This document shows, piece by piece, positions 36,585-49,491 of a stretch of DNA of 64,000 bases. The DNA comes from Marsupella aquatica. Its lineage: Eukaryota; Plantae; Marchantiophyta. How positions within the stretch are numbered: position 1 is the first letter of the stretch; every line of letters begins with the position of its first letter. Under the pieces are notes generated by a model. That model was not told the DNA's origin. It did not search any database and saw only the letters and a list, made by a program, of their open reading frames with translations. Location of the stretch: the NCBI GenBank assembly GCA_973895155.1, contig OZ316899.1, positions 14,969,974-15,033,973 of the forward strand, given 5' to 3'. A program made the position numbers and the translations under genes.

Positions 36585-39387
36585 TGTGATGCCTTGCCAG
36601 GATCACAAAGTACTTAGTTAAGCCTAAAATAATGGCTAAATAAAGATAATGGCTAAATAGTATAAGGTAGGAATTAAGACCGAAGCCGATTGCAATGTGT
36701 TATAAGGAGGATTGCGATAAGGTAAGATCCAACGGTCGCGATTGAGTGGGAGTAGGGTTATGACCTAATCCGGGCTTGATCAGGCAAGCCATCAAGAGGC
36801 GGCTTCGCAAGGAGGGGACCGACATTCTGTACACTTGCTCATTTGCTTGTTCGATCAACCTAGGACCGCGGAAGCAGCTGCCGATTGATCGAGGGAGGTG
36901 GTTAGGGAATTGTTCAAGCTCCTTTTTTTTGGTGGAATGACCACGGTGAATCAGGCGGCCAAGTTCTGGGGCTGTTTGCTTGAAGAAGCATGGCAGCTCA
37001 TACCAACTTACAAAGACGTCAAGCCGGAACAAGCAGCAAGGGAACGGGCGGAGCTTGCTCGATTATGGGGAATTCATAAGACGGCGTTTGTGGGAACGGA
37101 GGAGGTACTTGAGAAATTTGTATGGATTCCCACCAGTGCCAAGCTTGACGAGTTGCTGATCAGAGAGAATCGAGTCGTTGGAATTCAGGAGGCAATTAAG
37201 AACGTTGGGCAGCCGGTGTGGGAGTTGAAGGGTCACACTTCGGCTTGGTTCAAGAAAGCCATTCTTGGGGAGTTTGCAGGAATTGAAGAGATAAAGCGTA
37301 AAGGTAGTTCGGTGTCTGCAACACCAGCTAAGCAGAATCAATCAGAGAGGCAGGCCAAGGCTGAAGCCGAGCCAGTTTGTGATAGGGCAGTGGAGGATAA
37401 GTTTATGACGGGTTGGGCGGATAAGCTACCTGCCGACTTACAACTACAATTTGCACGAGAAGAAGATGAGGTCTTCTGTGCTATCTAGGATAACAAGTAT
37501 TCTAGATACATGAACGACACCGGCTTGGAGGGATTCATTCGGTTACCATGGAGGTTAATTGACATACGAGACAAAGATCTGTTAGACTTTGTAGGATGCT
37601 GGGAGGCTTCTTCTAACACAACACTAATGTATGAGAAGGTGGTGGAATTAACGCTAGCACTAATTGAAGCCGTCTTTGCTCTTCCACAAGGGAATAAAAC
37701 TAAGGTGGAGCAGCGAAAGACATTGCCGGATAATCAATTCCGATCATTTCCAGGGCCCTCTACTACGAATGGGTTCTTTAGAAATCAATGCACTAATCCA
37801 CATGTGGGGCAGTTGATTGATTTCTTATGAGTCACACTACACTGTACATTGCTGAGAGCAGAGATCGGCAAAGCCCAAGTATTTTTGGTGGAGAATATTG
37901 ATTCAAGCCGAGACTACAATGGCTATCTTTTAATGCAGTTAAAGAAGGCATTGAATGAAGAGAAGCAGAGTATTGGGGAAGGAGCGGTATCCAGACTAGG
38001 GTACCATCTACAATTACTTTGCTGATATGCAAGAAGCCAATATTTTGCACCCGTGTTACCACTACAGGAGAGGATGTCGATTACAGCACGAGTGGAGGAG
38101 GAGGACAAGCTGCCCCTGAACAAGCGATGGCAAGAGAAGAGGCCGGCAATACAGGCAGTCCAGGGATGGGAGAATAGGCCGGCAACACAAGCAGTCCAGG
38201 GATGGGAGAATAGGCCGGCAACACAGGCAGTCCAGGGACGGGAGAATTCCCCTCTCAAGGAACTAGAGGTGGTAACATATGATGTGGTGAGAAATCCGTT
38301 GCGACGGCCTACTCGTAATAACCCATATGCAGGTATTCAACTGGCAGAGAGGAAAATGACTGCCGAAGAAAGAAAGAAACGAGATGAGCAAATGGATTTG
38401 GAGTCAGAAGACGGAAGCCGAGGCCGTAGTCAGGAGAGGCCAGTCCTTAGAGCTTCTAGCCGGGCCCGAGTGGAGGAACCGGTGGAGGTAAATCAACCAG
38501 TGGCAGCCCAACAATACTCAGTGGAGGAGATTGGGGGATTTGTAGAAGAGGCGGACATGCTCAATAGTCAGGTTAATATAGATGACTACGACCATGATTA
38601 TGTTGATCATGGGGAGAGACCGGTGCCAGGAGTGAGAACGTTGGGAAGGTTTTGTAGAAGACTTCCCTCGGTCTTTTATGGCAAGCCGGAGGATCATAAA
38701 ACCCTGGAGTCTCTGCCATCGGACATGACACCATTGGAATTTGACCAAATGAAGGAAGCCGAGGCAGGTTTCAAGGAGAAACTTGACAAGTGGAGGGCCC
38801 GAAATGACATACAAGAACGGCAGCTACCAAGCGGTGATTGGCCGGAGAAAATAAAATGGCTTAGTGAGAAGCAGGCCGCACCTCTCACTGACTTTGATCA
38901 GTTACGGGCAGAAGCTTGGGAGAAACAACCTCGTTGGCAGATGCCAGTATCACCTGGCAGGTCAAAATATACGACGGATTGGGCTAGGGAGTATGGAGAC
39001 ATGTGTGGACTACTAGCCTTAGAAATCTTCGGCAATGAGTTAGAATCTGGACCAGACAAGGCAGGAGGAGGCAATGATGTTGGAGCGATTAAAGAAGGAG
39101 GAGGTAATGGCTCGGCTTCGATCCATGGAAGCCGAAGTTGCTAAGACAAAGTTTGATCAACAAGCTCAACAGGATCTCTTGGCTAAGCAGCAGGAATTGG
39201 AGGTGACAAACAACCAATTGGAAAACTACCAATTGGATAACTAGCAGATCAAAGAAAAATTGACGAAAGTAGAGCTGGAGTTAGCCGATTCAAAAGCAGA
39301 GGTACAAGGTCTAAATCGGCAAGTCGAGAGGCTCAGAAAGACGGCAAAGGACTAGGCCACCTAGAGCAAGAAAGCCTTGGTAGAAGC
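36585..39387 (+). mobile_element. Diverged subfamily of the coding LTR, 3'-truncated, with decayed ORF
   Basis: Starts TGTGATGCCTTGCCAGG; ORFs 36898-37488, 37510-37830 and 38053-39144 are homologous to the LTR protein (VNQAAKFWGCL, GLEGFIRLPW, EYGDMCGLLALEIFG). Confidence 0.85.
38134..38247 (+). repeat. 36-bp coding tandem repeat (ENRPATQAVQGW x ~3)
   Basis: Visible in the DNA and the ORF translation. Confidence 0.85.
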
Positions 39388-39440
39388 TGTGATGCCTTGC
39401 CAGGGTCACGGAGTAATACCTTAGTCTAAAAAAATGGCCT
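39388..39440 (+). mobile_element. ~50 bp LTR 5'-end stub
   Basis: TGTGATGCCTTGCCAGGGTCACGG, then an abrupt join to inverted LTR sequence. Confidence 0.65.
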
Positions 39441-41022
39441 CTACTCCGGGACCTCCTCCGGTGCCCTTGCCGATAGGGGAAGTACTGGGGCAAAGATTTA
39501 ACTTCTGGCATACCAGCACAACAGCGGCATGTGATAGCCAAGTCGGGACACGCTTCCCACGCCGATCACCTGCTGTTCCTCCTTCAAGATCTTCTTCAGT
39601 TGGTTGAGGAGGTACCCGTTGTAATCCCGGCTTGGGTCTGGCCTTTCTGCCAGGTAGACCTGAGCCTTGTCGATCTCTGCCCTTGGCAAGTTACAGTGCA
39701 TGGTCACTCGCAAGAAATCAATCATCTCTCCGATGTGCGGGTTGGTGCAGGTGTTCCGGAAGAAGCCATTCTTCGTTGATGGTCCTGGAAACGACCGAAA
39801 CTCCTTGTCAGGTAAGGTCTTCCTGGTATCAACCTTGGTCTTATTACCCATCGGCAAGCCAAACACTTCAGCAATCACCCGGGGAGTGAGATAGAAATCC
39901 TTCCCATACACCCTCGTGGAATTGGTCTCGGGTTCCCATGATCCCACAAATTCTAACAAGTTTGAGTCCGGCACCTCCGGCTTCAGCCAGGGTAATCTTA
40001 CGAAGGCTTCCAAGCCGGATCCGTCCATGAAGCCTTGGTACTTCTTGGTCTGCATGGCCGTAAAGCATGCATCCTCCTCCCATGCAAAGTGTAATTTCAC
40101 TTCCTCCGGTAGGGTCGCCGCCCAACCTTTCCAGGTGTCAGCGTTTGTTGGAATGGCATTGATGGGATCGACCTCTTCCTCATCGGCTTCTCCCCTTGTC
40201 CTGCTCGGCTGCTCTGCTGGCTTCCTAGGTGCCGCCGACCTCGTTCTTTTTGCCGGGGTGGCCTCGTCGTTGTTGTTTCCTTTCCTCTTCATCTCGGCTG
40301 CCGTGGATGTTTCTCCTAGCAAGATTGCCTTCGTCCACCCCTCCGTGTTACCCTTCAAGTCCCAGTGTAGGTTGTTGCAGCGATTGATGGCTCCCCGGAT
40401 GCCGACGATTCTGTTTTCGCAAAACAGAAGGTCGTCAAGCTGATTGGCAGTAGGAGTCCACAAGAACTCGGCCTTGATAAGTTCTCCTCCTAAGAAAGCC
40501 GTCTTCTGCAGTTCCCAGAGCCGAGCGAGCTCCTGCCGTTCTCAAGCTGCTCTCTCCGATTCTTTGTCCTCGTAAGTCTTGACGTACTCACCTGCCCGTT
40601 CGAATAGGCATCCCCAAAAATGTGCCGCTTGATTGACGTTGCTCATACCCTCCTTGATCGATCGTTGGTATCTGTTCCCACCCCGAGTGCTTGTCTAAGC
40701 AGCTGACAGCATTTGGCCTCCCGTAGTCGTCTGCCCAGTTCGTTCTTGCAAATGAGCCACTATTCCTCGCGAGCGATTATTACCCCTCTCCTCCTCTGGT
40801 CCCTCCTCCCGTTGGTCACCCCTAGCTGCCGACGCTTAGCGCGCCCTAACCCTAATTGTGTTCTCTCCCCCGGCGTCCTTACTTCCGGCCTCGGCCCGGG
40901 TTCCATAGTCACCCTTAATTGTTTATATTTTCCTTGTTTTTGGTCCTATACTAAGGTGTTTCCAGGGTACACTCCTGCTTACCATGTAAACCGGGCTTAG
41001 TGATTCCTGGCTAGGCATCACA
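39441..41022 (-). repeat. 3' LTR (first ~1.6 kb only), holding the N-half of the LTR ORF
   Basis: TGTGATGCCTAGCCAGG at 41022; ORF 39498-40463 is close to 49868-50656. Confidence 0.88.
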
Positions 41023-44000
41023 TAGCTCCCCAGTTAATTGTGAAGTGTCCCCGCGAACAACTTCATCTTCGTCCATATAGTATTTCTTGAGGCGGTCGTA
41101 ATGGATGCGAACTGGGTACACCTCTCCAGTAATGTTGGCCAATTGCACGGAGCCATTGGAGAACTTCATGGTTACTCTAAAGGGTCCTAACCAGCGAGTG
41201 TAAAGTTTAACTGGAAACCTATTATACCTACTGTCATAAAGTAATACAAGATCTCCTATGTGAATACTAACTGGTTTCAACTTCTTATCATACTGTTGCT
41301 TCATGGTATTCTGTCTATATTCTACTCTCTCAGCTGAAATCATTCTTGCCTCTTCTAAAGCTTCTAACCTATACTCTCGCTCCTTTAGGCTTTCCTCCTC
41401 TGAAGATCTCTCCTCAATTGTAACTTGAAATGTAGGAATCTCAAGTTGCATGGGTACCAGGGCTTCCTGCCCAAAGGTTAGGAAAAAACTTGTATGACCG
41501 GTAGTGGATTTATAGGCTAAATTGTAAGCAAAAACAGCAGCAAACAATTTATCATCCCAATCGAGTTTGTTCTGGGCTACATTTTTGTTTAATATTTTTC
41601 CTATAATTCCATTGGCTCGTTCTGTCAACCCGTTTGCCTTTGGGTGGTAGGGAGTAGTAGGCCTATGTCTAACTAAATACTGCTCATTTAAACGACTAAT
41701 TATATCATTCAGAAAATGGGTTCCTCTATCACTAACTAATTCTAAGGGTGCGCCATATATACCTGGTGAAGATCTGCTCATACATGAATCGAGCCGTAGT
41801 AATTGCATCATCCTTGGTTGTCGGCCTGGCCTCTACCCACTTAGTTGCATAATCCGTGGCCAAGATTATGTATTTGTTTTTTCGAGGGTGAGTCAATGGT
41901 TTCAGAGGTCCGATGTAATCAATACCCCACTTCTCAAATGGTGCCAGAGGTAGAATAGGGTGCAGTGGATGTCTTGTGGACGCCCTTGGTCCTCCCGCTC
42001 GCTGACAAGGATCGCATTGTTGGATAAACTTATAGACATCCTTGTGCAAGGTGGGCCACCAGTAACCGGCATTTAATATTTTTTTAGAAGTGGTTATTGG
42101 ATCGAAATGCCCCCCGGCCTCCTCTCCATGCATAGCTCGTAAGACTCGTTTTACTTCTCCCTCCTCCAAACACCTTTGAATCGTGCCACTGATTCCATGC
42201 TTGTGTAGTACGCCCTTAATGCACTGATACCGTCTAACCTTCCGTAGAAAGACTGTGGCTTGCTCTCGGCTTAGCCCTGGCTGTAATCTGGAAGTGCTGA
42301 GAAATCGTAAAACCTTAGGGTACCATTATCAGCTATTTCCACAATGAATAGCTCCTCGTCGGGAAATCGATCGTCGATGCAATCCGTGGCAGGTTCTCCT
42401 ATGATCCTTGAAAAGAAGTCGGCATTGGCGTGTTGCTTTCCCGGCTTGATTTTTAGCTCGTAGTCAAATTCCTGTAATAGCAAAATCCATCTTGCTACCC
42501 TGCCTGTAAGGTCCGGCTTATTTACTAGGTACTTCAAACTTTCATGATCAGTATGAAAGATTACCTTGTACCCTAGTAGATAATGCCTACACTTTTTACA
42601 TGAATAAATGACTCCTAATGCTTCTCTTTCTGTGGTGGAGTAGTTTTGTTTGGCATTGGCAAGCTGGCGGCTTGCAAAGTATATGGGATGGTCCCTTCCT
42701 TTCTCATCCAATTGACTTAGTACTGAGCCGATACAGAAGCCTGAGACATCTACAAAGACATGAAAATCCTTGTTCCAGTCTGGTGCTATCATGACTGGGG
42801 CCTCTACTAACATCTACTTCAATTCCACTACTGCTGTTACTCGTTCTGGTGTGGGTTTGAAGTCCACACCTGCCTTGAGCATGTTGGTTAATGGTAAAGC
42901 TAGCTTGGCAAAATCCTTGATGAACCGGCGATAATAACCAATGCACCCCAAGAAGGATCTCACATCTTTTATGTTCTTAGGTTGCATGATATCCAGCCAC
43001 ACTGCTAGCTTACCTTTGTCAATCTCAATGCCCTTCTTTGATACCTTGTGACCTAGTAGCACACCCTCTGTTACTCCAAAGAAACATTTATCGGGGTGCA
43101 ACTTGAGACCTACCTCTCTGCATCTCATGAAGGTTTTCCTGAGGTATTTAGCATGTTTCGATGCCTTCCCAAACACTGCAAAGTCATCAATGAAGATTTC
43201 CATGAATTTTCTCAAGTAGTCATGAAAAATGTTCACCATTAATCGTTGGAACATAGCTGGTGCGTTATAGAGTCCAAACGACATACGATTGAAGACATAG
43301 ATCCCCCATTCCGTGATGAAGGCTGTTTTGATTTGGTCCTCCTGCCTAATCCTGATTTGGTTATAACCAGAGTATCCATCCATGAATGAGTATAGTTCTT
43401 GACTGGCTACCATGTCTAACACCATATCAGTAAAGGGTAAAGGAAAATGATCTTTCAACGTAGCCTCATTCAACTTTCTGTAATCCTGACAAACACGGAT
43501 CTTGGGTTGACCATCGGGTCCAGCTTTCTTGGGTACTATCACAATTGGAGACACCCAGTCTGAATGCAGGACTGGAGTGATGAATCCGGCTTCCACTAGT
43601 TTATCGATTTCAGCCTTGACCATCAGAGAATACTTAGGGTTCATCCTTCGGATCGGTTGTCGAAATGATTTGGCCCCTAACATGAGATCGATTCGGTGTT
43701 CTCCTAGTTTTGGGTCTACTCCCTTCAGATCTTGGTGACTCCATGCGAACACATCCTGAAATTCAATTAGTAATTCACTGATCTCTTTCTCAAGCTCAGG
43801 TGCTAGGTCCCGCCCCAAGTTCAGTTCCCTTCCTTCTCCTAAGTCGAGCTTCCGGTATTGTCGTGCTTGGATCATATTAATCTGCTTCTTCAAATTCGGG
43901 TCCAACCCGGCCTCCAGCCTTTCCAGTCTCATACCTCTATAGACTGGAATCTCTGCGGTACTACCCAAATTGGTTGACTCGAGTTCTCCTTGGTTATTAA

Positions 44001-45497
44001 CAGATTGTTCCCTTACCGTTCTGTTTGGTTTTGAATTGGTTGGCGGCTCCCTTTCCTGACTCGGCTCTGGTTTCTTTCCGTGCATCTTATCTATTCCTGT
44101 TTCCTGAGGGTCAGGCCGTCGTGCTCTTCCGGCTTCTAGTAGGGCCTCAATTTGTTCTGCCCTTGTGATCGGCTTGTAAGCCGATCCTTTGGTATTTAAT
44201 TTGTTGCCGATGATAGACAGCGTTGTGGATCCCGTCGGCTCTGCCACAACGCCCGTGGAAAATCCACTGTCTCTGGTGTAGCTCCCCACCTAGCCGTTTC
44301 TAGCCGATCCGCCTCTTGTGTCTCCTCCGGAATTGAAGATAAAAATGTTGACTCTATGGCAAAACAATCCTCAGTCTCTTCTTCCCCTTCCTCCAGGTTA
44401 CTCTCCATAGGTTCGTGCCATAGTCCGCTGGGGGGTACTTCCAATCCAAACACACTTTCTTCGATTAGGTCAGTGAGGCATTCTAACCAACGTACTTCAT
44501 CGGCTGACTCGAGTCCACTGTCGTACCCATCTACTTCCCTGATGCTTTTCCTACACTCATCTTTAGTGTCCCAAGACACCGTGATAGAGGGGGTCCCAAA
44601 AGTGAACTCCTTCTTACCCCAATCTTCTATTACCTTGGCTAGGTACAGCCATGGCCTGCCAATTAATAGTCGGAACGACGTAGGATTTATTGGCTTCATC
44701 ACTACATAGTTAATGCTAAAGAAAATACCTCCTATCTCAGTCTTGATGCCGGTTAACACCCCCGTGGGAATGACTTGATACCCATTGGCCATGTTTAACA
44801 CTCTTCCAGTCATCTCCGGCGTTAGACCCCATCCTTTTGCTGTTGAATCAATCATAATACATACCCCGGATCCTCCATCAATGGGTACTCGCAGTAATAT
44901 TTCTCCTTGAATCATTAATGGTAATGCTGGGGCTCCTTGATCTTCTTCTATCATTAGCACATCGGATCTGGTTGCTACCTTGGGTAATCTCGGTTTGCCG
45001 AGAATCGCCTTCCTTAACTGCTTCCGGAAGTACGGGCTATTTTTCAATAGTTGACCTACGGTTGCCGAGACTCTAGATTCTAGCACATCCTTAGCCAGAT
45101 CATAGGGAACTATCGGCTTCTCTTCTGACGGTGTCTTCATCTTGGCTTCGGCCTGTTTCTTCACGCTGGTTTCCACAGCCGTTGGATCCTCAGAAGCAAA
45201 CAGTGCTTTTGCTCGTTCCACATCCTTGGCTATGGCTTTGGTATTCTCCAGGTTTTCTAATTCTTGCAGTTGTTCCTTAACACTAGCCGTAATAGCGGGG
45301 TAGAACAACTTAGGGTGATCTCGATTGAAATCGCTGTCCTGTGAAGGATTGGGGTCACTGGTGAGCTCATGGCTTACCTGTGTTGCCGGCGCCTTTCCTT
45401 CCCCTTCCGTCGATGTTGACAAAGAGTCGATCCTTTCTTCCTTATCCTTCCCTTTATTTTTGGCCAGCCCATCCCACCTTTCCTTCCTTCTAGTGGA
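41011..45497 (-). pseudogene. pol: pol: protease, RT, RNase H, integrase (stops and frameshifts)
   Basis: IDGGSG; WVSPIVIVPKK...CQDYRKLN...FIDD; FVDVSG...NYSTTEREAL; H-H-C-C, GIDYIGP, SDRG, NGLTER, WLGPF. TAG at 42814; frameshifts near 44290, 42320 and 41760. Confidence 0.95.
41023..41031 (-). promoter_or_regulatory. Short polypurine tract
   Basis: GGGGAGCTA immediately before the 3' LTR TG. Confidence 0.5.
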
Positions 45498-47186
45498 TCA
45501 AGTAGAGACCCGGTAGCAATCATGATCCAATTCTTCTTCTGAAAATGTTGATAAGGCCTCGGCCTCATCATCAGATGGTCCGAACTCTGCCTTGGCATCA
45601 GTTTGCCATCCGAGTTCGATGTGGTTGATTTGAACTCCTCCGGGGGTAGTACTTGGCGGTAAAACTTTGACTAGCAAGAGCTTATGATTTGCGGCCAGGC
45701 CTACCAACCAAGTAGGACATTGTCCTAGCATGTGACCCTCCTGTCGGCATCCCATACATAGCTGAGCTGGTTGTCCATCACCTTGTTTGCATGCATTTGG
45801 GCATTCTCTAGCAAAATGACCAGGTTGACCACAATTATAGCATGCCCCAAATCTTTGTACATTCGGTCTAGGAGGTACTGACGGATTCTGAATAATCCGA
45901 GGATACATCTCTCCCGGATTGTTCCTTAATCCTGACCAGAGAGATGCGGGTCGGTTGGATAGATCTCGTGCTCCAGTCTCACTGATGCCGAAAACACTAT
46001 CAGCGGCATCCCCTAAAAAGTACTCTACTTCTGCCTGACCTGGTCTACCCTCAGCCACATGCCGAACATGACTAGTATTAAGTTTAGGACACGCATCTTT
46101 ATGGTGTCCGGTTTTATAACATAAGGCACACCATACAGAGCTATCCTCTTGTACTGCCTTCTTCTTTGGTTTTACCTCTGCTATTATAGCCTTAAGCTGC
46201 TCGGTAAGGGCTATGATGTTATCTGGTGTTTTAGCCTCTAGTTTGACTTTCAACTTCCCCCTCCTTCTACCCTTCTTTTTCCTAGTTTGTTCTTCTTCAG
46301 AACTAGAAGATGACTCACTCTTGCTACTTCCACTATCCGAGCTTGAGTTATCACTTCTTGACTTCTTAGAATGTTTCTTTTTCTTATCTTTTTTCTTGTG
46401 GGGTGATCCCTCCTCCGATGAGGAACTCTCAGACTTAAGCTGTTTCTTCCGGCTTGTGATATCTGCATTAATGTATAATTCAATATCCTTAATTGCCTTG
46501 GTTAAAGTCTCTGGGTTCTCCTTCCTAATTGCAAAACTCATCTTCTGTGGCAAAGCATTTACTAACCATTGAAGTTGCATACCTTCAGATGCATTGGTCT
46601 TTGTACGTCTTACCAACTTTTGGAAGCGTTGCAAGAACTTCCTGAAGGATTTGTTCTCCTTGAACCGAAGTCGTCCCAACTTCAGCACTGCTAACTCTGA
46701 AGTTCCAATGGGTCGAAACTCCTTGACAAATAGTGATCTGAAAGTATTCCATATGGCTTGATCTTCCACATCCAAGGCTCTGTACCAAGGCCTAGCCTCA
46801 CCTTTGAACAGGCCGGGAAGAATTTGCATCTTGATGGCCGATTCTCCATTTGCTGCAGCAGTTCCTTCGAAGTCATCCAACCATTCGTCCGGATCCTCAT
46901 CTCCTCTACCATAAAAGGCCTTGTAATGAATGCGTGACCGTTGGCTCAGTCTGGTCCCTGGCCTCTCGTCTGGCCGCGCCTCTGGTTCCCCCATGTCGGG
47001 TGGAGACTCACTTCTCCTTACCGACCCTTCTTCTGGTATGTCTTCTTCGATGCCACTTTCAGTCATGGAGCTACTAGCTCTTTCTGCCCCTCTCAGTCGC
47101 TGTGTATCATGCCACCCGGCGAGCTGCTGCAGATGAGCTCTCTCCCGTTGAATTGCTCTTTCCTCCCTTGGTGTAGGTTCAGTCAT
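45498..47186 (-). CDS. gag: gag with three CCHC zinc knuckles
   Basis: FYGRGDEDPDEWLDDF...GEARPWY...W..FR..F; CYKTGHHKDAC, CYNCGQPGHFAREC, CMGCRQEGHMLGQC; in frame with PR across a single TGA. Confidence 0.92.
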   Translation of the reverse strand: MTEPTPREERAIQRERAHLQQLAGWHDTQRLRGAERASSSMTESGIEEDIPEEGSVRRSESPPDMGEPEARPDERPGTRLSQRSRIHYKAFYGRGDEDPDEWLDDFEGTAAANGESAIKMQILPGLFKGEARPWYRALDVEDQAIWNTFRSLFVKEFRPIGTSELAVLKLGRLRFKENKSFRKFLQRFQKLVRRTKTNASEGMQLQWLVNALPQKMSFAIRKENPETLTKAIKDIELYINADITSRKKQLKSESSSSEEGSPHKKKDKKKKHSKKSRSDNSSSDSGSSKSESSSSSEEEQTRKKKGRRRGKLKVKLEAKTPDNIIALTEQLKAIIAEVKPKKKAVQEDSSVWCALCYKTGHHKDACPKLNTSHVRHVAEGRPGQAEVEYFLGDAADSVFGISETGARDLSNRPASLWSGLRNNPGEMYPRIIQNPSVPPRPNVQRFGACYNCGQPGHFARECPNACKQGDGQPAQLCMGCRQEGHMLGQCPTWLVGLAANHKLLLVKVLPPSTTPGGVQINHIELGWQTDAKAEFGPSDDEAEALSTFSEEELDHDCYRVST

Positions 47187-47233
47187 TACCTACGCTTCCT
47201 TCTTAACTTCATATCTCACGGCGTAAGAAATGC

Positions 47234-47251
47234 CCCCTCCATCTAGCGCCA
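47234..47251 (-). promoter_or_regulatory. Primer binding site
   Basis: TGGCGCTAGATGGAGGGG after a 4-nt TTTT spacer behind the 5' LTR end; primer tRNA not assigned. Confidence 0.75.
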
Positions 47252-47255
47252 AAAA

Positions 47256-49372
47256 TGTGGTGCGTCCCCTACCTCTCCAAACCCAAGAAACCCCCTTGGT
47301 CAAGCCGATTCCCGCAGGTTTTATCCTTGGCGAGGCCGTTTCCGCAGTTTAGCGGCATGGGACGCTGCTAATCTATTATTAACATTTTACACACATATAC
47401 TAGACAGATCCTTCACCGGGTCATGAGATACTTAGCCGGCCTATTCTAGTCCCTCCCTTGTATTCCTCTCCTGGTCCTCCATTAGGTATATTTGGATTCC
47501 GCCGCCGGAATGATCCCCAATTGGCTTGGTTAAGCCGCTAAGACCTCTCTCAGCTCGACACATCCAACTCTCACTCCCCTGCTTATTTCTATTCCTCTAT
47601 TAGTTGATGTGGGCACTCTTCACACAAGTTAGTACGACACACAAATAGCAAAATGACTCCTTCTGACTGAGTTATACCATGCACTTGCCATACAAACAGT
47701 ACATCTCATACACAAGCTCTGCGAACTAAGCCGTGAGGCCAACTCTATTCAGATCTTAAGTATGAGGAAACATGAATATATACAAGGGTCACTGTATAAC
47801 TAACCGAGAGCTTCTCTTACTACTTGATCCCAGCCCTACTGGTGCAACTAAAAACTTGCTAAAGAAGAGGCCCTGAACTCCCCACAGCCCAGGTACTTAT
47901 CCTGGTTGTAGATCCGCCTGATTCCTTGCAGCGTAAGCCTAATCTACCTATTGTAATCTACCTAACTGTAATCTACCTAAGTACAGCGAGGTAGGAGCAC
48001 AAGTGTCGTCCACACCCGTGGATCCAAAATCCCACTAATCTAAGTGTCAGAGTTGTCTCCTGATCCTGATCCTAAGTCTAAACTTGGAGATCAGCGCCCG
48101 CCCTGCCCACTCACGCCTCCTACCTCCACGTCTGCCCTCCCTAAAAGGGACGGCGCCCTTACACCATCACGACACCGGTGGCTGGTCCTCAATGGACGCC
48201 CCCAACGCTTCCTCCGCAGCCACTGCCGTTGGTCCGTCCTCTGACAAATTACCTGCCCCTGACCGAGTCAACTCTTCATCGGCCTGACTGGGTCCACCCT
48301 CGGCTTTGGCCTCAGCATCGGTCACGGCCTCTACTACGGCTACGGTCTCTGCGGCATGTTCTAGTGGAGGACCTAGTACCTTGCCAGCATTATTGGTTCT
48401 CCCATCTTCGGCCTTGCCATCTTCACTTCCTAGGACTGGTGGATCCACTACCGTGCCGATGCCGGAGGTTGGTGCCGAGTTTATCTTCTCGGTCACAATC
48501 GCTTGAGAAGCCGTATAACTCCTAGACCTAGAAGGTTTCCGCTTCTTCTTCTTCCCTATTTCGACAGCCGGTTCCTTCCCCTTGCCACTTATCTCCAACA
48601 CCGGGGTGAGTGTTACGGCTTGTCCTTCGGCCAATACTACCCCTGGTAACTGGGTTCCACCAATTGGAGTTGGACCTGATGAAGCCAAGCATTTAAATAC
48701 TGCAGCTTGTGTCTTCAACCGCTCCGTTTGGTTGTCGGCCCGCCGCTGTAGGTTGTCCATCTTCCTCGTGATTTCCTCCAACTCCTCCTGGGTCTCGTCC
48801 AGGTCCTTGCGCGCCTCCTCCAGCTCCTTATTGGCTTCCTCCAATTCTCTTTTCAAGGTAACCCTCTCCTCCTGGGTTGCTCTTAGCTCCCTGTCGAGCT
48901 CTGCGATGACCAGACTCCATCTTATTCATCTTGGCATAAGTCTGGTCGAGCTGGTCGTCCTTTTCACGCAGGCCGGCCTTGAAGCTGGCCGCCAGGGACG
49001 CAAGCTCCTGCTGCAGCGCAATAATCCCTTGATAGGATTTCCCTAACTCTGCTTCCTTCTGCTCAAGGGCTCCGCGGATATCTTTGAGCTCTCCTTTCAA
49101 TGCCCTCTCCCTTCTCTAGTTCTCCGCCATGGCCCGATTGTTGGTTGCTAAGTGGGCTTCCTCTGCATCCCTTAGCTCCCGCTTCCATTTCTCTCTTTCT
49201 TTGACTGCGCCGGCCAACTCTCCTTGGGTCCGAGTCAGTTTATCTTTGATAATCTGATTGTCAGACTGAGTGGTATCCAACTGCCCCTGCATGATGTTTA
49301 GCTCATGCCGCTTAATCCGCACTCCTGCTTACCATGTAAACCGGGCTTAGATATTCCTGGCTAGGCATCACA
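47256..49372 (-). repeat. 5' LTR with ~2.5 kb internal deletion
   Basis: TGTGATG start at 49372 and ...GGACGCACCACA end at 47256; at ~49320 it jumps from LTR nt ~52 to the coiled-coil region (RIKRHELNIMQG). Confidence 0.88.
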
Positions 49373-49491
49373 AGAAAGAAAAGACAAGACGTGTTGACGG
49401 CACTTTAAAAGAGTACTCTAGTAAGCACATTAGATCTGAAAAACAATATGGATTTGAATCTTTAAGTCTTTTCATTTTGACTTATGATTAA

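Larger units (their letters stand above)
39441..49372 (-). mobile_element. Ty3/gypsy retrotransposon, non-chromovirus type, both LTRs damaged
   Basis: 5'LTR-PBS-gag-PR-RT-RH-IN-PPT-3'LTR; the first ~52 nt of the two LTRs differ at 2 positions; no chromodomain and no second RNase H seen. Confidence 0.93.

Noticed and set aside
41011-41100. Chromodomain or env gene after integrase
   Set aside because: Integrase ends shortly after the GPF module and runs into the LTR; the LTR protein shows no evident transmembrane segment.
45498-45500. Programmed gag-pol stop read-through
   Set aside because: The context VST*STRRK is better explained as CGA>TGA decay; similar C>T-type stops occur throughout the window.
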